From NCBI GenBank assembly GCA_010093705.1, contig MU006101.1, positions 667,673 through 731,672 on the forward strand: DNA of 64,000 nt, read 5' to 3'. Below the pieces are notes generated by a model. That model ran no database searches. It was not told the origin of the DNA and was given only the letters and a program-made list of their open reading frames with translations. Origin of the DNA: Patellaria atrata CBS 101060. Lineage: Eukaryota. Each line of letters opens with the position of its first letter. Position 1 is the first letter of the stretch. Shown piece after piece: positions 11,645 through 23,472 of the stretch. Both the position numbers and the translations under genes were made by a program.

Positions 11645-14595
11645 ATGACAACTATCTCTCTTGCCGTCGATGGCTATACATCTAAATCTTCTGCGCTCAT
11701 AACGTCTCGTTACCATAACCGCCCTCAGCCCAACTTCGATTTCGAAACCTCCCTTCATATCACAAATCTCGCTCCAGTTCTTTCCATGTCAATACCCAAA
11801 GCACCTCTAAATGAACCTAAACCGAGGGCTATGTCTTCGTCAACCGCGTATACTTCTGCCGACGACGCGGAAGAATTACGACTGCTCGATGCAACTTACG
11901 AACGAATCCGAGCGAACATCCCCGATACTCCATATATTCTGACAGTCCCAAGCTTCGAACCGAGGTATCACCACTTTTCGAGGCAGGAACAAGAACAGTG
12001 GTGTCATAATACTCCCTTCCGACCCGAAGAGGAACGGTTACAGTACATGAGCTTTCTCTTCCGCGAACACAACAGAAGCTGTTTTGTTGTCCGTACTGAA
12101 GTAGACGAGGAAAGAGACAGGCGCAAGCAATTCGGATCAGGTAGTGCCGCAGTTACTCCATCCCAAACGCCTGTTGCTAAGAAGAAAATCACGTTGAGTG
12201 ACTACAAGAACAAGCAGGCTGGTGGGCAGGCCTCAAATCTGGCTCGGAAACAGCCCACCAGCCAAAACGAAGAGAAGAAAGACACCCCGTTGGCAACAAA
12301 TGGCATCCAGGCCAGGCAGGCTCCTCCTGTGCACCCTTCTGAAAATGCGCCACCCGCCAATAACGCGATAACTCCTCCTTCTAAGAAACCTTCGTCAGTT
12401 CAACGTGCGCCACCTGTTGACACTGCTCCCCCTGTCGATAACGTGAAAATATCGAACGATGCGCGACCGGCCGAAAACACTTCATCCTCTGATAATACTC
12501 CGCCCGCTGAGAAATCACCTCCCACAGCAAAAGCACTTCCCCTTGAAAAAGCGCCACCCACTAACAAAGCGAACCCCTCCAAGGATGCCCCGCAATTAAA
12601 GAAGAGGTCAGTTCCTTATACCATGGAACTGAGCGCGTACTAATCCTACCTAGACTTCAAAAGGACACCATCGAGGTTGAAAAGCGACGCGAAGATGCTC
12701 CTCCTCCAACAAAGAAGGTTCGCACATCACAACCAGCCCTGGATACTTCAGCCCCTTCAAATCAGTCAGAGTCAACCCCGCACGGTCTCCCTCCGATTCT
12801 ATCTCCCAACATCTTACCCAATCCCCATGGCCTACCTCCTATGCTGTCGCCAAATCTTCCCGCAAGCGTTGAAGCGGAACTAGAAAGGCTAGAGAAAGAG
12901 CACAAGCGCACAAATTCGAACGGCTCCTCTCCTTCTATCGGAAAAGCATTGGCATCGGCCCGTACTTCTCTTTCATCCACCGCATCAGTTTCCAAGAACG
13001 AATCAGCAAGCCAAAAGCTACTCCATCCAGATGATAGTCTCAAAGCGCCCACACATCCCGCTAGAAATGGGACACCATCACCATCCGTCAAGAATACAGA
13101 AGTGGTTCGACAGGCTCCGCCAGAACTGAAGTCCGCTCCGGTAAATGGTGTTATCGTGAAACCATCGCCTGAAAAGCCCGAACCGAAACCTAGCTTGATC
13201 GTGAAATTCAAGTACGGCAAGAAGCGCGTGGTTGAAATTCGTAGGATTTTGATGCTTCCATCAGACTCTGAGAGGAAGAAGAAACAAGCCGATGCTGATC
13301 TGGTCCGAAAGAAGGAAAAGAAAAAGTTTGATGTGAATGAACGCAAAGAAACAGCAAAACCTGTTGACAGTATACGGAAGCTTGAATCAGCGAAACGTCC
13401 TCAAACAACTCCGGTCCCGTCCGCTGCTACCGCGAAAGGTGATGGCGCAATCAGTGAGAAGCGTCATCGCTTGGAAGAAGCATCAAACCAACCACCAAGC
13501 AAACGCCAAAAGGTTCCTGTGGATATCGACGTGAATAAGAGGGCTCATACCCCAGTTCCGCCAGCAACACCTTCTCCTGCATTATCATCAAAGTCGAGCG
13601 CACAAAAGAACAACAAGTTTTTGACACCTAGAAAGGACTTGAGAGCTGCTGCGGTTACGATGAAGCGCACTGATTCGCAAGACAGCAACTACGCAACCCC
13701 TGAGCGTGCTGGAACTCCTATGACTAACGGTAACGGACCGCCATCTGCTTCTAAGAGCAACAATCCTACCTCCGCGCCTCCTACTACGAGCTCTAGAGCT
13801 CAGGCAATCCAACAATGGATCAGCGTGTCAAAACACTATAACGATCTAGGACGGAAGTTAAAGCGTCAGCAAAATGAGCTTCAGAAAAAGGGCGATGCGA
13901 CAGATAGCGAGCGAAAGCAAGGAGTTGTTATGAGCGTCGAATGCATCCTGTAAGTGATTTTCTTTCACTAATATCAATGCTATACTGATAACATCTCCAG
14001 TGCATTTGTCCTTGCATTCTACCTCGGCGATTATAATCTACATATTCAATCCCGTCCGCTGAAGATCGAAACCACATGGCTCACTCTTATTCCTATGTGG
14101 CGCTTCTTCCGTAATATCACAGCCAACCATCCGCATCTTGAGGGTATACGTCTTCTCCTCGGAGTCGTCATCACTGATCGTATTGCTGGTGTCCTCACCA
14201 GTCAACTCTCTCATGCTACTTCGACTACGGATTCCTCTCCTGCCGAGAATCCTACAGCAAATGCATCCAGGTCAGCAGTAGCCTCAGACCTATCACGAGA
14301 CGCCGCAGAGCAGTATCGGAATCTCCAGCACTATCGTGTCGAAGCCAACATCAAGCTGCCCATCACGGAGTTGCTTGAACAGTATCCTCTGACTTGGGCA
14401 GCGCAGGCAAAACCTAAAGATGTAGAGTCAGGATGGGAGACATTGGAGCCTGCGGTAGGCAAGTTGGACGGTCCTTTCAGTCTTCCAGTCGGAGTTGGTA
14501 CTACACCAATTCAAGCGGTCAGGTTCGGAGTCAGGTTTCTCGAGGAGTGGATCAAGAATGAGGGTGTGGACTATCAGTTGCAGTTGAAGTTGTAG
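11645..14595 (+). CDS. Large low-complexity nuclear protein, probably Ebp1/AFF-like (ELL-binding) with a conserved helical C-terminal domain; start uncertain (11645, 11787 or 11831)
   Basis: Three ORF blocks joined by GT-AG introns at about 12607-12653 and 13950-14000. Motifs include EEERLQYMSF, KKKITLSDYKNK, LPPILSP/LPPMLSP, LGRKLKR and PIQAVRFGVRFLEEW. Confidence 0.6.
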
Positions 14596-15362
14596 GGGTA
14601 GAAGCACTAACAAGGCAGGTTGGATAGATGGATGAGAAAGGCAGGTGGTGTTGATGCATGGTCCGGCGTTTTCTGTGGTATATAGATGGGTCACTGGGAT
14701 GAACGGTGCTAGGATGGGATTGATACCCGATGATTACCTTTTACCACTTTGTTTGTCACCCTTGTTTGGACGGGGGCAATTTTCTTATGGATCTGATATC
14801 ACGCTCGGTTTCTCTGAGCTCCTGGAACGGCGCATATATGATGCGTGTACGTTTCCGGCATCTACTGGACATAGCAACATGTGTCGAATCCAGGTAGACA
14901 AAATACGACACTTTGAAAGATGAATCCTACTTCGTATATATTATGATGATACCTTACCTGTAAACAGGGGTTCATTAATAAGATGATCCAGTTTCCCCTT
15001 GCCCCGCAATCATTCACATGAACTCCTTTTTAGCTTATAGTAACCTTCCCCTTAACAGAGCCGCCGAAACATGCTCAATCCATACTCTACCCATACCTTA
15101 ACTTGCATTTCAGGCATGGTTTTTCTGCACGTGAAAGGTAGGATGTTATCACCACCTGCTTGCTTCATATCATGCGCGCCATCCTCGAGACCGAAAATGC
15201 AACCCTTGCAACCCTTCACAGCCTCATGCGAGGTCCGTTCCTGTCTTTCACTAATTTCAATCCATCCTTCGCGTATTTCCAAATCCTTTTCGCGTATAAA
15301 ATAGTCTAGATAGTGTCGAAACTCGTCAAGATAAGTGTTCTATCGTCTTCAGCGTTGACAAA

Positions 15363-17421
15363 ATGCGCCTGTCCTTGGTTCTTGTTGCTTGTTTCGTCCA
15401 TTGTGGATTCTCTGCTGTCATTGATGCGGCTTCTTCGCGGACGCGTTTTGCATGTCGACGGGCTGAGGGAGGCCCGGATCAAGAGAAGGCAGATGCTGTA
15501 AAACAGGTGTTCCTTCATGCGTGGAATGGTTACTACGAGTATGCCTTTCCTAATGATGAGCTTAAGCCGGCAGACAATACGTTTGGGAATTCAAGGTATG
15601 CTTTCAGGGTCATCATCGTATCGCATGGGATATATACTGATTCTCCACAGAAATGGATGGGGTGCAAGTGCTGTAGATGCGCTGAGCACTGCTCTCATCA
15701 TGGAGCTTCCAGAAGTCGTTGATCAGATACTAGAACATATCGCTACGATTGACTTCAGTCACGACAAGACGGATAAGGTTACCAGTGTCTTTGAGACAAC
15801 TATTAGGTACCTTGCTGGTATGCTTTCGGGGTATGACCTTTTGAAGGGACCGTTGGCACATCTTGCGGCGAATGTTAGTACGATACTCTTATTGTCCCAA
15901 ATTACTGTCTATCACTTCCGTTCTGGTGGCGGTCCTTGGTTACTGTAGGTTAGTCATAGGGACCTGGTCTTCAACTCCGCTATAATGTACATAATGGACT
16001 AGGTTGTACAGTAAAAACATGCTGTACATGCAAATGCCTAAACCGTACATATATCTAGAGGCCTCTCTAAACTTTTCGTTGAAGTATCTACCATAAAGTG
16101 CGTAATAAGGGGTACAGCATCCGAAGACGGCAACTATGACAAGAGCGAAGATGTGGTTTTTTTTTTTTTTTCATGGATATAAGCCACTCACTATCAGCGA
16201 AACTTAAAAGAAGTCACCAGCTCATATCTTTCTCAGCCTTCCAACGTCGACGTTCTCCTCACTCAGTCCGTTAATCTCGCCAACATCCTCTCTCACGCAT
16301 TCTCCACCCCATCCGGGATCCCAAACAACGGCTTCTTCGTCAACAACCTGACCCAAACCGACGCCAACACCACCGGTCTCGCGGTCGCCGGCACCTTGAT
16401 CCTAGAATGGACCCATCTCGCCGACCTAACCGGCAACACGACCTACCACGACCTAGTCTCAAAAGCAGAATCCTACCTCCTCAACCCAACCCCAGCCCCC
16501 CCCTTCCCCGGTCTCCTCGGCTCCGACATCGCCCTATCCAACGGCTCCTTCACCAACGCCCAAGGCGGCTGGTCCGGCGGCACAGACTCCTACTACGAGT
16601 ACCTGCTCAAAATGTACATCTACTCCCCCACACGCTTCGCCGCCTACCGCACCGCCTGGGAACAAGCCGCCGACTCCTCAATCCGCCACCTAGCCTCTCA
16701 CCCCTCCTCCCGACCCTCCCTGACCTTCCTCGCCGAATTCAACGGCACAACCCCCGTGCTGAATTCCGAGCACCTAACCTGCTTCGACGGCGGGAACTTC
16801 ATCCTCGCCGGCCTCGTCCTCGCAAACGACACATACACCTCCTTCGGCCTCGATCTCGTCGACGCCTGCCACGCCACCTACACCGCCACCGCCACGGGCA
16901 TCGGACCCGAGAGTTTCGGCTGGGCCGTCGACGCCAACGCCACCGGTGTTCCCGTAAACCAGACCGATTTCTATAACGAACATGGCTTCTTCGTCAAGAA
17001 CGACGATTACATCCTCCGTCCCGAGGTGCTCGAGTCCATCTACTACGCCTACCGCGCCACGCGCGACGGCGGGTACCAGGCCTGGGTCTGGGACGCCTTC
17101 GTGGCCATCAACGGGACCACGCGCGTGGGGAGCGGGTTCAGCGGGATCGAGGACGTCAGGGTCGAGGGTGGGGGCGGGTTCACGAATATGCAGGAGAGCT
17201 TTTGGTTCGCGGAGGTGTTGAAGTATGTGTATTTGACTTTTGCGGGGGAGGCGGAGTGGCAGGTCGGCGGGGGGGGGGGGCCGGAGGGGCAGAGGGGGGG
17301 GTTTAATACTGAAGCGCATCCGTTTAGGGTTGGTGGGGGGAGTAGGTGGGTTGCTGAGAGCGTTGTGCATAAGGCTACGGGAGGGAAGGTCAGGGCTGGG
17401 TTGAGTATTGTTGTGGAGTAG
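15363..17421 (+). CDS. Secreted class I alpha-1,2-mannosidase (GH47), 3 exons
   Basis: Signal peptide followed by [74 protein letters not shown] and FNTEAHP. Introns at about 15597-15650 and 15874-16236. Confidence 0.95.
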
Positions 17422-18004
17422 TGAGGGAAGACTTTGGGGGAGGAGGGCGGTTTACTTCGTACGGTGGGTCTGATCGAAGGTGGAGGGGACTCGCGCTAGT
17501 TGTATAAGTGTCCTGGAGATATCATATGGAGACTCTATAGAATATACCACATTCATCTTTTCCTCGTCCCGAGTCTTTGAACTTGGACTAGTTCTGATAA
17601 CTAACGAGTTCCTCCTTGTCAACGACTGCGCGGAGTAGGTTGTCCTGTCTCCCTCCTAGATATTAACCGTGACGTAGAGAGATAATCACCTTCAACGTAT
17701 CCAGGCGCCTCTCCAGCACTCGCTCTTTTGCTCTCTCTGCCTCTCAGATAGTTCAAGAATCACGCTCTCAAACTCGAACTTCTAGGTACAAACCCAGAAG
17801 AATGGATTCCGGAATACGCACGTCTGGACCGTGCGGGAAGCGGAGAGAACAAAAAAAACGAATGCCAGAGAGGCGGCTGGCTGTGTCGGGAGCAAGTATC
17901 TCCAAGTTTGAAATGGATTTTGGTTGGCACCCGATACCACGTGTGATCCTCGTCCGAAGGGGCAACATATCATATAGCCCTCCCAAGCATCACTATCGGT
18001 GGCA

Positions 18005-19379
18005 TCAAACATTCACCCTGTTCCCTCCATCCCCATGGCCTTCACTCTCTTCGTTCGCATTCTCCTCTCTCCATGCCCAACACAACATCTTCCAGTTCAG
18101 CTCGCTCGGCCTCCAAAAAAGCCCGTAGCCCAAGCCCCCTCCCTCTCCGTCGGCGGTCATGGCACCCGTTCGCGGCATGCGAGTCCCGAAAATGCAGCGA
18201 CTGAATCTTGAGTGTAGGATCGCCATGCTGCACATGACGCACGGCTCATGCGAGACATAGATCTCGAGATCAACGCAGAGATATCCATTCGGAGTCAGAT
18301 TCTCAAGGTCAACAAAGGGAGGGTTCTCGGATGAGAGCAGAGGTATGTCGAGGAAGGGGTAGTTGATGTTCTGCGCATGGTCATGGGGCTCGGTGCTTTC
18401 TGCGAGCCGTAAGCGCTTTCGGGCGACTATCCCGATCGCTCGGAGGACGACGTGGGCCATGACGTTGCCAGTTCCGTTTCGGGAGGCGGATTGGGCCGCT
18501 TCACCGTTCTGGTCGACGTAGCGTGCGTCCCCGGCTACGGCCACGATACGTTCAGTGCCTGCTTCTAGCCGTTGGACTATCACGCAGCCGAAGGGTTCGC
18601 CATACCCTTTGTCTTTCGCTTCCGCACCTACCCGACGAGCAATTCCTAGATAGCGGGCTGCGTGAGGTTGAATTTGGGCCTGAGCACGAGATACGACAGA
18701 AGGGTGCGGACCGAAGGGGTTCGAAGACTTGTAGACGGTGGGCCAGTAAGTGCGGCTCCATACTTCTGCTTGGAGAGCTGAGGTTGGGGCGAGGGCGGGG
18801 ACAGGAATCGCCATTAGTTTGAGGGGAAATAGAGAGGTGGCGAATGGAGTGTTCTTAGAAAGAACGTCAAGTAGAGAAGACTCCTGGATAAGGGAGGTTG
18901 GCGTTATCAGGAGGATGAGGGTGGGATCTCTTGGGTTGGCCGATGGCGCGGGTGGGGAAAAACGCTCCCTAGACTGTTCGCCCAAGAGTGTAGAGGAAGT
19001 TGAGGTCTCTTCTGCGCTTTTCTGGGCTTCGAATATGGACCTTAGATGAGAAGGAAGAAAGTCCTGCTTCGCGAAACGCCGCAGATGTTGCAAGTCCACG
19101 GTGTGCTGATTCGGGATCGCATCTTTCAGGAGATTCAAGAGCGCACTTGCCGATTTGGCTGGAATTTCAACGATATATACATCGACTAAAAGATATTAGA
19201 CTGGTATGTCAATGTGGACGGACGATGGACGAACTCGTTTCATTGCTCGCTCGAACCTCCGCTTTTGTCTTCAGTGGTGTTAAGAATCCCCCCACTGGGG
19301 CACTTGATTGCTTGTAAGAGCCCGATTCTACATTATCCGTACACTCCCCCTTGATATCGGGCGCAACATTTTCGAGCAT
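18005..19379 (-). CDS. TAD3: tRNA-specific adenosine-34 deaminase, non-catalytic subunit
   Basis: WSRTYWPT, HVVLRAI (catalytic Glu replaced by Val, as in Tad3), GYLCVDLEIYVSHEPCVMCSMAILHSRF and ELNWKMLCW. One intron at about 19186-19237; ATG at 19379. Confidence 0.9.
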
Positions 19380-19908
19380 CTAGAATAGGTGCCTGTTAGA
19401 TGGAACTGGGGTTTATTGTCCTGATACAATATGTATTGTTTTCCAAGCTGAACGATTTTGTGGTTGGACGTTATCCTTTCGAATAATAGGGGTGGTATGA
19501 ATGACTCTTTCTCTTTTGTAGTATCATATTCTGTTGAAGTTTGAAAAGTTCTCCCGTGTAAAGTAGTTTGGTGAAGGATCTGACCACTTCTCTCCCTACT
19601 CTTGCACTCGACACAAACCTTTCAATACTTTTTAGTTACAGTAAGCGCCTGCGCTCGCCAGCAGCAGAAGTAAAAAAGAATAGTTTAATAGGCTCTATGG
19701 CTCTTACAAGAAATTCTCACTTACAGTAGGTGTTTCAGAATCGCAGACGTTGCAAATTGACTCATCATCGGAGCTCGCTTCCAACTTCCCGTCTTGTCCT
19801 ACTGTCCTCATCATCCATATCAACCACCACCTCGAGGTCCGCACAACAAAATTAATATTCAAAACTTCAGAACACACCTACAACGCTCAATTTCTTCACC
19901 ATTGCACT

Positions 19909-20946
19909 ATGAGCTCCTCCGGATCCCGCTGTCACCTTCTCTCCCTCCCACTCGAACTCCGTCTCCACATATACGACTACGCGCTCCAAGAATCCAATTG
20001 TTTAACCATTACCACCGCTGCGGTCCCTCCAACCGCAACCCGACGAACTCTCCCGCGCCATATCCCTGGTATACCGGGCATCCACGTCCCCATAATTCGT
20101 ACCTCGTACGATCTGTCCCTTCTCTCTTTAAACCCTCTTCCCATCCCAACCGACGAGGATATAAACACACCCCAAAAGTCTTCAGCACTGCCGCTTCCAG
20201 TGCAATCAGCGCTCCTAGATACCAACCACCAGATCTATGCGGAACTATCATCACATCTGGGCTTTCTTTCCGCGCGCGATGGCAAAGAGAACAGCTCGGG
20301 ACTAGCGCTATACGTCACATACCCTTACGGCCTCATAGCCCTCAAATCGCTATATCCCCACCTCCTCTCCCAAGCCCGCCGCATATATATCTGCGGCGCC
20401 TACAGTCCGACCTGGGACGATGAAGTCCCCACGGCCGGCGACTCGGGATACTTCTCCTCTTCATCCTTCTCGTCCAACCCCGTGCTAACTCTCCCGGCAC
20501 CCCGTACAATAGAAGGCCGACACGGCCTATTGACGCGCTCGAATATCCGCCGTAGAGCACGATGTCGAGATCCCACACCCGACCCACCAGCGCTATACTC
20601 GCGCGCCACGCTGACCGCTGCGTCTGCTGCCCTCGTCTCCCTCATCCGAACGGTGCTAAGTCCGATACCGCACCCCTCCCTCGCATTCCTCGAGCTCCGC
20701 GTCTGGTTGCCAGGTAGAGGATTTTGTGCAGGTAAGCTCTGGGGCGATTCTAAGAGTCCGGTCGTGGAGATGTTGGCGAATATCTGCGGCGGCAAGATCG
20801 ATATGGAGATCTGGCATGGGCGGGATGGGAACGGGGTCAGGTTGGCTGCGAGGCCGTATCCGAAGAGGAGGGAGGTGAGTAGTGTATGGAAGAAGTTGCC
20901 GCACAGAGTGGAGGACTGGATTGTTGATGAGAAGTGGGGAAGTTGA
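19909..20946 (+). CDS. Hypothetical protein with an N-terminal F-box-like motif
   Basis: MSSSGSRCHLLSLPLELRLHIYDY is a fungal F-box-like motif at the start of an intronless 345-codon ORF. Confidence 0.65.
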   Translation: MSSSGSRCHLLSLPLELRLHIYDYALQESNCLTITTAAVPPTATRRTLPRHIPGIPGIHVPIIRTSYDLSLLSLNPLPIPTDEDINTPQKSSALPLPVQSALLDTNHQIYAELSSHLGFLSARDGKENSSGLALYVTYPYGLIALKSLYPHLLSQARRIYICGAYSPTWDDEVPTAGDSGYFSSSSFSSNPVLTLPAPRTIEGRHGLLTRSNIRRRARCRDPTPDPPALYSRATLTAASAALVSLIRTVLSPIPHPSLAFLELRVWLPGRGFCAGKLWGDSKSPVVEMLANICGGKIDMEIWHGRDGNGVRLAARPYPKRREVSSVWKKLPHRVEDWIVDEKWGS

Positions 20947-21348
20947 CTTGGAAGATTGTCCCAGTGGGAAGAGGGAGAGTGAAGTGGAGAGTTTCCCGGC
21001 GGGTGTGAGCGGCGTTGTATGAAAAAGGGTAGGTTTGGATTGAGAAGGTTGTTGGGTGTATGATCAGAAGAGAAGTGTTGGGCGGTAATCAGTTCGGTAA
21101 TTCCCGATACACTCTGTATTGCCTGGCTGGAAAATTGCAGTTGATATTTCCTTTTGCATCTCTAGGTGTTGGAGCGGTAGCATAGCATCATCCTCATGTG
21201 GTCGACGACACTGATCCTAACGACGATTGGTAACAATAAATTCATCCCTTTCTAGTTTATCTATTTCAGATTTATCAAAATTAAACTCTTTAATATCAAT
21301 CTATTGCGCTGGTCGTATATCTTCGTCTCCTTGAGGGAAAAAAAAACT

Positions 21349-21522
21349 AAAAAAACTAAAATCACAAAACAATTAGGCCCGTAGGCCTCCTTGAACCCCC
21401 GGACGGGTTTTTGCTGCCGCTGCTCCTTTGACCTGAGGTTTACCGATAAACCCGCTTGGAGGGACTCGAACCGACGGGACCGTAGTCAGACTGCCTGACC
21501 GCTCTGCCACTAGTTAGTTGTG
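21349..21522 (-). ncRNA. Candidate RNA polymerase III-transcribed structured non-coding RNA (about 155-175 nt, not a tRNA)
   Basis: On the minus strand: TATA-like TTATAT at 21549-21544, A box TGGCAGAGCGG at 21509-21499, B box GGTTCGAGTCC at 21472-21462, terminal hairpin AGGCC-TACG-GGCCT at 21388-21375, then T4/T4/T7/T9 runs at 21369-21338. Confidence 0.65.
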
Positions 21523-21955
21523 GGATATTTCTTCCTCGGTTGCATATAAGGTACTGGACAGGAGCGGAAAGGGGTAATCACTTGTTGGGGGGGGGGGGGG
21601 TCCTGTAAATGATGTGAGAGATATTGCGGAATTGTCCCGGAGCTGGAGCTTCGGTGTATTAGATACGGGTTGTGCGTAATGTTTTATGGGTATTGACTCT
21701 TGAACGGTCTCCTATGGGAGAGATACGCCGTAATTACCATACAGTCAATTCATAAAAGCCCATATACCCCGGAGGCAAAATAGTAAATTATGAAATAGTG
21801 TTTCAATAATTATCTAACTATATACTAATTGTCCTTCTACTGCACTATCTTTATAGACTACAACCCATTGCGAAGCTTATGATCCACTTACAAGAATGGC
21901 GACAACCACACAATTCACCCATTTCACATCCTCTCCCTCTCATATTCGTCAATAC

Positions 21956-23002
21956 TCACCACTCTCTCATCTCTTTCACCGCTTCAACAATCTCCTTAAT
22001 CTCCGCCGGTCCAACCCTACAGCAGCGTCCCACCCCACTCACACCCCTTCTCATCCAATCCACCGCTCTCTCAGCCAACACATTCATTTTGCCGCTCCCC
22101 TCCTTCCAGTTTCTGGCCTCCGCATCCCAAACCTCACCCGAGTTTGTGTACACAAGCACAGGTTTTGTGGATAAGTGTACCAGCTCGTCTACAGCTGCCT
22201 CAGCGGCGGAAATGGAGATGCAGTTTATGCCTACTGCGACAACCGAAGCGTGAGAGTTCAATAAAGGAATGACAGTTGTTAAAGGGGTGCCGCCCGCGAT
22301 CGCCGCGTTAGCCGGGGTCGAGCTAGGAGAGAGTGTGAAGGTGCACCAGGCGGGGGGGGATACTGGGGAATTTAGAAGTAAGAAGGGAAAGCAACACTTG
22401 AATTTCCATAAACGAGGGGATAGTTTCGAGTGCGAGGAGATCAGGAAAAGAGTAAAACAGGATAGACATGCGAATTAGATGGAAATCTTCCAGGAAACCG
22501 AAAATGTCTTCGGAAGTCAGGGACGATGGGTTTGTGTAGGATCCAGTGTACTCAGCGCCATTAGCAAGGTATGCAACGTAAGGTCCTATACTTTCTGCTA
22601 GCAGACGCCTTCATTTCTTTTCACCGTTCCCCAGTTGCTGTTCCGCAAGTGTTCTGTTCTGCGCTTCGACTTCATCCCTAGCACCTTTCGCCAATTCTAC
22701 AATTCTACGCAGCAACAGTTCCGCGGTGTATCCCCCAATGCCCTTGTACTCGACTAGCCCACGATCACTAGCTTGGTATGAGGCTGTTGTGATGACGTCG
22801 GCGCTAACTTTATAGTAGCGTCTGTGGATCGTTTTGATGGTTTCGGGATGGGTTTGGATCGCGGTTGCGAACCAGAGTGGGGTGCTGAGGTCTACTCCAG
22901 CGGCTTCAAGTTCCGTCGCAAGTCCACCATCCAGAAAAAGGGGCCCGTTGTCGCGAAGATGGGAAGATATGGGATTATACGTATTAGGAGTTGGTGGAGT
23001 TC
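21956..23002 (-). pseudogene. Homocysteine S-methyltransferase (SAM4/MHT1/MmuM family) pseudogene
   Basis: LFLDGGLATELEAAGVDLSTPLW, DVITTASYQAS, SIGPYVAYLANGAEYTG, VAVGINC and VGRCCRVGPAEI (from GGCC). In-frame TGA at 22613-22611. The start ATG is out of frame, and the middle is disrupted. Confidence 0.8.
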
Positions 23003-23472
23003 ATGGGGGAAGCTTCTGTTCGAGGGTCCAGGTCATATTTGCTAATATGACCATTTACTAAGCGAGATTAGCATATATTCAGGAAAAGAGAATATGTATT
23101 TGCTCCATTATTATTATGCTGATCCAGCATAATACAGAGTATTTAGACGAAGACGTGAAGCCGGAATTGAAAACGGATCGGCCTCGGTTCGGGTCGGGAG
23201 ATGAATGACGTGAGGCGCAGGTGGCTAAATGGTTGTGGCTTAGCAAAGGATTGCCCTAAGGTAAGGTGCTGTCGTCATCGCCGCGTGAGTGCCCCTCGTT
23301 TCTAATTCGCGAGCCGACGGAGCCTTCATAAGCAATTGAGGCCTTGAATATTAAAGTCCTAGCTTTGGCTATCAATTCATATTCTTACTCCCCCATTCTT
23401 CACATCTACAAACAGCTTCAGCTTCTCCCAAATCATCACTTGTATTGGTCGCAGAACAATCAATACACCGAC

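Noticed and set aside
16407..17370. Long alternative-frame and antisense ORFs over the GH47 exon (similar ones at 19794-20423, 25447-26130 and 36217-37093)
   Set aside because: These are by-products of very high GC3 and skew suppressing stop codons. The products are Arg/Pro-rich nonsense overlapping well-supported genes.
18380..18400. Missing catalytic glutamate in the deaminase (HVV)
   Set aside because: This is expected for Tad3, the pseudo-catalytic subunit, and is not a lesion.
21395..21460. Canonical SRP RNA call based on CAGG...AGCA
   Set aside because: There is no GNRA tetraloop on the putative helix 8 and no UGUAA Alu motif, and the length is about half that of fungal SRP RNA. Kept only as a resemblance.
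21440..21520. tRNA gene call for the A/B-box element
   Set aside because: The A-to-B spacing is too short, the T-stem (GTCGG/CCCTC) does not pair, and there is no acceptor stem or anticodon arm.
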